Assembly (NCBI GenBank): GCA_902634185.1
Contig: CACPJC010000002.1
Span: 138,538 to 202,537, forward strand
Direction: 5' to 3'
Length of the DNA: 64,000 nucleotides
From: an uncultured Candidatus Actinomarina sp.
GTDB taxonomy: Bacteria > Actinomycetota > Acidimicrobiia > Actinomarinales > Actinomarinaceae
Of the stretch, positions 57,765-64,000 are shown one piece after another; positions within the stretch are counted from its first letter, which is position 1; the number at the start of each line of letters is the position of its first letter. The position numbers were made by a program, and so were the translations under genes. The notes beneath the pieces are model-generated. The model was not told the origin of the DNA. It searched no databases and worked only from the letters and a program-made list of their open reading frames with translations.

Positions 57765-58766
57765 ATGAAAATCTCAATAGTTGGAGCTACTGGTCTGGTA
57801 GGGCGAAACATAATTGAGCTCTGTGAAGAATATTTTGACAATTCTGTTGAATACCATCTTTATGCATCCAAAGAGTCTGAAGGCAAAACACTGCAAGTTA
57901 ATGGAAAAGAAGTTCCCATTAGAGAGTTAAGTTCAAAGAATATTGAGTCATGCGATATTGCTTTGTTTTCAGCTGGAGGAGAAAGATCAAGAGAATTTGC
58001 AAATCAATTTGCAGACAAAGGCGCTTTCGTAATCGATAATTCATCATCTTTCAGATTGGAAAAAACAGTTCCTCTTGTTGTTTACGGTATTAATGAAGAC
58101 ATAATAAAAAACGATTCGAAAATTATAGCCAATCCAAATTGTACAACTATGGCCCTTGTTATGGCTTTAAAACCATTACACGATATTTTTAATTTATTAA
58201 GTATTGTTCCAGTTTCATATCAAGCTGTTTCAGGTTCAGGCAAGAGTGCAATTGAATCGTTAGAAAATGAACTTGCTAACCTTTCAACACCAGGATCAGC
58301 ACCTGATGAAAAATATTATCAATCCCAGATAGCGAAGAATGTAATTCCAATTGCTGGAAATATTACAGAAAATGGATACTCAGATGAAGAAATGAAGTTT
58401 TCTAATGAGTCAAAAAAGATTTTGGACATACCGGACTTAAATGTTGAACCATCTAATGCAAGGGTAGGGGTTGAAACTGGACATGGTATATTTTGTACTG
58501 CAACATTTGAAAAAGATGTTGATGTTGAATCTGCTATTGAATCATTGGAAGCATTTGAAGGTGTAGAATACTGGAAAGAAACTTATCCGACACCGCTTGA
58601 TGCTCAAGGAAATAAAAATATCTTAGTCTCTAGAATGAGATCCGGTCTTACTAGCAATAAAATACTAAACTTCTGGGCAGTTGGTGACAATCTCTTAAAA
58701 GGAGCAGCATTGAATGCTGTTCAAATTGCTAACCACCTATACAAAAATGATTTCTATACCAAATAA
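57765..58766 (+). CDS. asd: Aspartate-semialdehyde dehydrogenase
   Basis: VGATGLVG, DNSS.FR, ANPNCTT, YQAVSG.G, DNL.KGAALN. Confidence 0.96.
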   Translation: MKISIVGATGLVGRNIIELCEEYFDNSVEYHLYASKESEGKTLQVNGKEVPIRELSSKNIESCDIALFSAGGERSREFANQFADKGAFVIDNSSSFRLEKTVPLVVYGINEDIIKNDSKIIANPNCTTMALVMALKPLHDIFNLLSIVPVSYQAVSGSGKSAIESLENELANLSTPGSAPDEKYYQSQIAKNVIPIAGNITENGYSDEEMKFSNESKKILDIPDLNVEPSNARVGVETGHGIFCTATFEKDVDVESAIESLEAFEGVEYWKETYPTPLDAQGNKNILVSRMRSGLTSNKILNFWAVGDNLLKGAALNAVQIANHLYKNDFYTK

Positions 58767-59418
58767 AGTTCCCAGAAAGAAAAGAGTTTTTCTAGGACCT
58801 TTGAGTAGGAAAATACTTAAACTTTCAAACTGGGAAATTACAGGTGAATTTCCGAACTATAAAAAAATAATATTAATTGGAGTACCTCATACAGCAAATA
58901 GAGATGCCTGGTACGCACTTCTTGCAATACTGGCCTTGGATTTAAAGATAAATTTTTTTGGTGCAAGGTGGATATTTACCAGACTTCCAAGCCCTTATAC
59001 TTTTTCAAAAGATGTTGATCGTTTAGGAATTCCCTGGCCTTTAGGGTGGTTGCAAAAAATAATACTTTTAAAACTTGGAGGAATACCTGTTTATAGAAAT
59101 AAATCAAAAGGACTAATTAAGGGTGCTATAGAAGAATTTTCAAAAATGGATGAATACGTTCTTGCAATTGCTCCAGAAGCTGGGACAGAGCAGGTTAAAA
59201 AATTTAGAAGTGGATTTTATTATTTAGCAAAAGAACTGGATATACCTTACTTACCGATCGAGTTAGATTTTAAAAATAGAAGGTTTCATGTACAAAAAGA
59301 ACAGTTTGTATCGATGTCATTTGAAGAAGAGTCTAAAAAAATTATTTCACTTTTTGAAGGGGTGGAAGGAGCCTTAAGAGAATTTAAAATGCTAGAAGAA
59401 ACGGAACAAAAAGACTAA
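58747..59418 (+). CDS. PlsC-like acyltransferase
   Basis: PHTANRD (HxxxxD), GGIPV.R, APE, GFYY.A; start 58747. Confidence 0.85.
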   Translation: MISIPNKVPRKKRVFLGPLSRKILKLSNWEITGEFPNYKKIILIGVPHTANRDAWYALLAILALDLKINFFGARWIFTRLPSPYTFSKDVDRLGIPWPLGWLQKIILLKLGGIPVYRNKSKGLIKGAIEEFSKMDEYVLAIAPEAGTEQVKKFRSGFYYLAKELDIPYLPIELDFKNRRFHVQKEQFVSMSFEEESKKIISLFEGVEGALREFKMLEETEQKD

Positions 59419-60067
59419 GCATATAATTTCCTACGGGAATTTTCTTTAATCCTAACAAGTTTATTCCAACACCAATTAACAATACCCCTCCAATTCCTGC
59501 AATCGAGTCAGATATTTGTTGTTCAATATTTGTATTAATTAATAAAGCGAGCAAAGTAAATATTCCTTGATAGATCAATATTGAGACACCAGAGTATACG
59601 GCTCCTTTACCGCCACTTGAAGTTATGAAAATTACAAGGAAACAGTCTAAAGCAGTTTTTATTAATAATAATTCTAAGTTTGACTCGACGACATCAAAGA
59701 AAGGCCCAATAATTGCTAGTGGTCCAGTAATTACAATTAATGTAGTTGTAAGATAACTTTCTATAAATTTAGTTTGGTCACTTTCACCTTTTTCAAATTT
59801 TAAATAGAGATAATCTCCAAAATTTTTTACTCTATCTTCAATCCTTAAATAGCTTCCAATAATTGAGCCAACTATTACAGCAAATAGGGTGAATATAAAA
59901 TCTGGACTTTTTAAAGTTTCTCTAAACCCTAAAGCCAAAACTAAAAGACCGAGTGGTAGGAGATTTTCATCAAAGTTTTTGAGTTCTTTTTTAAAAATTA
60001 TTCTGGCAAGAATACCAGAGACAATAACACCAAATCCATTAATTAGCGTTCCAATTCCTGGGATCAT
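59384..60067 (-). CDS. DUF554 membrane protein
   Basis: GTLIN, GS.IG..L..E, G.LAI.G, K..LD, YQG. Confidence 0.85.
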   Translation of the reverse strand: MIPGIGTLINGFGVIVSGILARIIFKKELKNFDENLLPLGLLVLALGFRETLKSPDFIFTLFAVIVGSIIGSYLRIEDRVKNFGDYLYLKFEKGESDQTKFIESYLTTTLIVITGPLAIIGPFFDVVESNLELLLIKTALDCFLVIFITSSGGKGAVYSGVSILIYQGIFTLLALLINTNIEQQISDSIAGIGGVLLIGVGINLLGLKKIPVGNYMLSLFVPFLLAF

Positions 60068-60630
60068 TAGCTGCTAAAATCGCTATGGCTTTTACTTGGT
60101 GTAGGCCCTTCTTGGCCTTGATACTTACTTCCATAGCTGACGTCACCATACTCAGCCTCTGAAGGTGAATTTAAATAATAGAAAGATATTTGTCCAATTT
60201 TCATCTCTGGATATATTTTGATTGGTAAGTTTGCAACATTTGAAAGTTCTAATGTTAAATAACCTGAAAATCCAGGATCAACAAATCCTGCAGTTGAATG
60301 AATTAATAAACCTATTCTACCTAGTGATGACTTACCTTCGAGTCTTGCAACAATCTTATTTGATAAAGCAACTTTTTCATAGGTTGTGCCCAAAACAAAT
60401 TCACCAGGATGGAGGACAAATGGTTCGTCCTTTGAGGCCTCCACTAGAGTAGTTAAATCTTCCTGGGGTGATTTCGGATCTATATGACTATATTTATGAT
60501 TTTCAAAAACTCTGAATTCTGTCCCAACCCTTAAATCAACACTGGAGGGTTGTATATATCCTTGATCTAATGGTGATATTTCGATCCACTTATCTTCTAA
60601 GGCTTTTTTAATATCTTTATCTGAAAGCAT
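60067..60630 (-). CDS. dcd: dCTP deaminase
   Basis: [34 protein letters not shown]. Confidence 0.96.
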   Translation of the reverse strand: MLSDKDIKKALEDKWIEISPLDQGYIQPSSVDLRVGTEFRVFENHKYSHIDPKSPQEDLTTLVEASKDEPFVLHPGEFVLGTTYEKVALSNKIVARLEGKSSLGRIGLLIHSTAGFVDPGFSGYLTLELSNVANLPIKIYPEMKIGQISFYYLNSPSEAEYGDVSYGSKYQGQEGPTPSKSHSDFSS

Positions 60631-60675
60631 TTTTCCTCACGTTTAAAGAATATACTAATCTAAAAATTTTTGTTT

Positions 60676-60876
60676 TTAATTATTTAGCAAAGAAGCAACT
60701 GTCCATGCAGTAATTATGAACCCTATTGTCCCCAAAAAAATTGTTCTTGATTTGTAAAACTCATTATCGTTTTTATCTTTATTTATAAAAGCAAGAAAGC
60801 TACCAGCAAACATAGCTGAGCCAAGGCCTAACATTAAAAGTCTTATAGTTAAATCGAGTGCAAATGGGTCATTCAT
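60676..60876 (-). CDS. Small two-TM membrane protein
   Basis: MNDPFALDL...; start 60876 avoids overlap with the divergent gene. Confidence 0.6.
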   Translation of the reverse strand: MNDPFALDLTIRLLMLGLGSAMFAGSFLAFINKDKNDNEFYKSRTIFLGTIGFIITAWTVASLLNN

Positions 60877-60902
60877 GACATTATTGTTATCATAATAAAA
60901 TA

Positions 60903-61748
60903 ATGGATACAAGAGATATAGTAGATATTTTTAATAGATTCGACATTTCCTCAATCAAAGATGAGAGCAAATACAAAATTTCTACTTTGGGAAGTATTAC
61001 AAATCTAAACTATAAAGTTGAGATAGGTGATAAAAAATTTGTTCTTAGAGTGCCTGGAGAAAATCCAGATTTGATAAACAGAATATCTGAAGGATATAAT
61101 GAAAAACTCATTCAGAGTATCGGAATATCATTGCCATTAATTGTATTTGAAGAAGAAACTGGTCTAAAAATTTCAGAATATTTTGAAGATTTATATACTT
61201 TTAAATCAACCGATATGCTTGATATAAAATTTAGAGATGACGCATTGAACCTACTATCTATTCTGCATAATTCAGAACTAGAATTTAAAGAAAATTTCTC
61301 TCCTCTCAACGTTTTTAAAAAATTAGTCAAAACGAATGACAAAATTGAAGATGAAGCAAAAACTGTAGGTGAAGAGATAGTCAAAGAACTGAACAAAATT
61401 GGCTTTGATAGTAAGCCATGTCATCAAGACCTTTACCATGCCAATTTTGTTTATTTTAAAGAAAGAGCATATTTGATTGACTGGGAATACTCTTCACAAG
61501 GGGATCCACTCTTTGACTACGCAGATTTTATATGGCAGAACGAGCTAGAAGATAATACCGAAGTAATTAATGATATTTATTCAAAAATTGGAATTAACAA
61601 TGATCAAATTAAAACAAAAATGGAATTATTTCAGATTTTATCAATGATTACTTGGGGCTTTTGGGCAAAAAGAAAATCTCCAAAAGACAATAGAGGTCAA
61701 GAAGCATTAGTTTCCGCACTAGAAAAGTATGATAATAATTTTTCTTAA
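60903..61748 (+). CDS. Choline/ethanolamine kinase (APH-like) family
   Basis: TN.NY, LR.PG, CH.DL...N Brenner motif, IDWEYS. Confidence 0.85.
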   Translation: MDTRDIVDIFNRFDISSIKDESKYKISTLGSITNLNYKVEIGDKKFVLRVPGENPDLINRISEGYNEKLIQSIGISLPLIVFEEETGLKISEYFEDLYTFKSTDMLDIKFRDDALNLLSILHNSELEFKENFSPLNVFKKLVKTNDKIEDEAKTVGEEIVKELNKIGFDSKPCHQDLYHANFVYFKERAYLIDWEYSSQGDPLFDYADFIWQNELEDNTEVINDIYSKIGINNDQIKTKMELFQILSMITWGFWAKRKSPKDNRGQEALVSALEKYDNNFS

Positions 61749-61817
61749 AAGATTTAACTATATTAATCTACTTGGGTTAGAATTTCGCAGTACGAAAAAA
61801 GGATAAATTTAAATTTT

Positions 61818-61913
61818 ATGGGATCTTTGATTAAAAAAAGACGTAAAAAAATGTCTAAACATAAATACCGAAAACGTCGTAAATCAAATAGACATAAAAA
61901 GAAGTCTGTCTAG
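61818..61913 (+). CDS. 30S ribosomal protein bS22 (AURKAIP1/COX24 domain; not in ORF track)
   Basis: MGSLIKKRRKKMSKHKYRKRRKSNRHKKKSV; AAGGA SD. Confidence 0.9.
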   Translation: MGSLIKKRRKKMSKHKYRKRRKSNRHKKKSV

Positions 61914-62761
61914 AACTCTCTACCTTCACTATTAAGAAAATCTTCAATTTCCTCGACTAAATTATCCTCTGAAAAACTATCTTCAATGCTTACTTCTGCC
62001 TCTTCAAGTTTTGATACGTATTCGGCGAGATCTTCAGAGTTCTCCATTGCTTTACTAATTTTTGTATCAAACTGTTGTCCTTCTGATTGAATACCTGAAT
62101 CATCTATATCAATTTTCAAGATTTCAGAAGTTTTATTCATTAATGCACCAATACCCTTTGGGTAAGCGCCAGAACTTAAATAATGGGGAACTGCTGCCCA
62201 TAGACCTGAAGTTTCTATACCGTTACTTCTTAAGTCATGGCCAACAACACTAGTGATTCCAGTAGGGCCAGAATAATTTGTTGGAAGTACATTAAATCTT
62301 GAATTAAAAGTTGGATCATCGCTTACACCAAATATTGGTACTGGTAAAGTATGTGCAACTTGGCCAAAGAATGCACCTAAAGTAACTGCTCTTTTTACCC
62401 CAAGTTCAATTAGTACTTCTGATATATTCTGTGAATATTTTTTCCATTTCATTGAAGGTTCTTCTCCAAAGACTAAGATCACTTCTCTTTTAAGTTTGTA
62501 ATCTTCAATAGAATAAAAAGTTGTTTGTGGCCAGTGAAAATTTCTTTCCCCAATTGCTTTTACTTCAACGACGGGCCTTCTCATTTGATAGTTATAAAAT
62601 CCCTCGGAATTAAGTTCTGCGAATGGTTCGACATCATAGGTACCACAAATATTTTCAATACAACCACTTGCAGTGTTACCAGCGTCACTCCATCCCTCAA
62701 AAGCAAGAATTGCTACAGGGTCAGATAGAAGTGGCTTTCTATACCAAACAACATCTTCCAT
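61910..62761 (-). CDS. PAC2 family protein
   Basis: AFEGW.DAG, Y...RP, EP...W, Y.GP.GI, WAAVPHY. Confidence 0.88.
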   Translation of the reverse strand: MEDVVWYRKPLLSDPVAILAFEGWSDAGNTASGCIENICGTYDVEPFAELNSEGFYNYQMRRPVVEVKAIGERNFHWPQTTFYSIEDYKLKREVILVFGEEPSMKWKKYSQNISEVLIELGVKRAVTLGAFFGQVAHTLPVPIFGVSDDPTFNSRFNVLPTNYSGPTGITSVVGHDLRSNGIETSGLWAAVPHYLSSGAYPKGIGALMNKTSEILKIDIDDSGIQSEGQQFDTKISKAMENSEDLAEYVSKLEEAEVSIEDSFSEDNLVEEIEDFLNSEGREF

Positions 62762-62802
62762 AAACGAAGATTAATATTTAAAAAATTTTATATAATAAGA
62801 AA

Positions 62803-64000
62803 TTATAGTTTTCTGGATGAGTTTAAAACTACAGATAAACTTGATAAAGCCATAGCTAAAGCAGCCATACTTGGAACAATACTCCCGCTTACAGCAATTG
62901 GAATCATGATTATGTTATATATAAAGGCAAAAAATAAATTTTGAATAATTCTTTTATTTGAATTTTTTGAAATATTAAAAATTTTTTTTAATTTTTCAAG
63001 GCCTCCTTTAAAAATAATAATATCGCTAACACTTTGCGCGATTTGTGTGCTTTGAGAAAAGGATAAACTTACATTTGCTTGTTTAAGTGCAGGTGAGTCA
63101 TTAATTCCATCGCCAATGAAACCTACCGTTTTATCCATCTGTTTTTCTTGAATATATTTTAATTTATCTTCCGGTGACTGATTGCCTAACACATTTTTAA
63201 TATTTAAATCATTTCCAATTTCTTGAACTTTTTCAGTTTTGTCTCCTGATAAAATTTCAATTTCATAATCTTTTGAAAGATCTTTAATGATATCTTTATT
63301 TACAGTTTTATCTTCTACTAGCTTTACCTTAAATTCCTCATTATCAATTATTAATTCAAGATCTCCTTTTAAATCATCTTTCGACCTAAAAACAGAAACT
63401 TTTTTATTTTCAACAACTCCACTAACACCAATTCCTGGTGTTTCAATAAAGTTGTCTACAGGGAAGAGATTCAAATTTTTTATTTCAGATTCCAAAAGTA
63501 TGCTTTTAGCAATAGGATGATTTGATTTTTGTTCAACAGACGCAAGTAGTCTCAATACTTCATCGCCAACAATTTTACCTTTTGAATCTGAGATGCTTTC
63601 TATTTTGAAAATACCAGATGTAAGAGTTCCAGTTTTATCAAAAACTATTATGTCTAAATTTTTGAATCTTTGAAGATAGTCAAAATTTTTAAAAATAAAA
63701 CCATTACGATTTGAAACTGAGGCGGTTCTAAATAATACGATAGGAGTTGCAAGGCCCAGGGCACAAGGGCATGCAACAACAAGAATTGCAATTGTTGAAC
63801 TGATTGTCTCTGAAAAATCATTTTCAAAAACAAATAATTTAAATATTATGTTTGCAAAACTTAAAATCAAAATAGAAGGAACAAAGATATTTGTTATTTT
63901 ATCTACGAGGTCTTGAACTTCAGGCTTACTTGTCTGGGCTTTCAAAATTAATTTTTCAATATGGTTTAAAGTTGTCTCTCCCTCTTTTTTTACTACTTCA
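62803..64000 (-). CDS. copA: P1B-1 copper-transporting ATPase (5' end outside window)
   Basis: ACPCALGLATP, DKTGT, SNHP, GDGIND, YN....P and MALSS; frame stays open to the window edge. Confidence 0.9.
   Translation of the reverse strand, partial: EVVKKEGETTLNHIEKLILKAQTSKPEVQDLVDKITNIFVPSILILSFANIIFKLFVFENDFSETISSTIAILVVACPCALGLATPIVLFRTASVSNRNGFIFKNFDYLQRFKNLDIIVFDKTGTLTSGIFKIESISDSKGKIVGDEVLRLLASVEQKSNHPIAKSILLESEIKNLNLFPVDNFIETPGIGVSGVVENKKVSVFRSKDDLKGDLELIIDNEEFKVKLVEDKTVNKDIIKDLSKDYEIEILSGDKTEKVQEIGNDLNIKNVLGNQSPEDKLKYIQEKQMDKTVGFIGDGINDSPALKQANVSLSFSQSTQIAQSVSDIIIFKGGLEKLKKIFNISKNSNKRIIQNLFFAFIYNIIMIPIAVSGSIVPSMAALAMALSSLSVVLNSSRKL

Overview
Chromosomal replication-origin region of a streamlined, low-GC (roughly one third G+C by eye) bacterium with actinobacterial gene order and proteins: jag-yidC-yidD-rnpA-rpmH / dnaA-dnaN-DciA-like-gyrB-gyrA-DUF3566, crgA, pknB, bS22, PAC2, ask-asd. 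This is most consistent with a marine Ca. Actinomarina-like Acidimicrobiia (inference). The window is very gene-dense and many genes appear leaderless. It holds 7 tRNAs, three riboswitches (cobalamin, TPP, SAM-I/IV) and a Nur-like operator. I saw no CRISPR array, rRNA, integrase or transposase. Most notable: (1) an unannotated ~250-nt highly structured RNA candidate with its own promoter (28864-29114, minus strand); (2) four paralogous double-domain, 4-Cys acidic lipoproteins around a MacAB-like/peptidoglycan-binding ABC system; (3) four small membrane proteins missed by the ORF track, two of them translationally coupled His-containing paralogs; (4) a DnaA with altered DNA-recognition residues beside an origin lacking canonical DnaA boxes but carrying a palindrome-containing direct repeat; (5) a GyrA with a histone-like AAKK repeat N-tail; (6) a TadA with Asp in place of a Zn-ligand Cys; (7) an orphan Cj1418-like kinase. 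All protein calls come from motif recognition by eye, not database searches.
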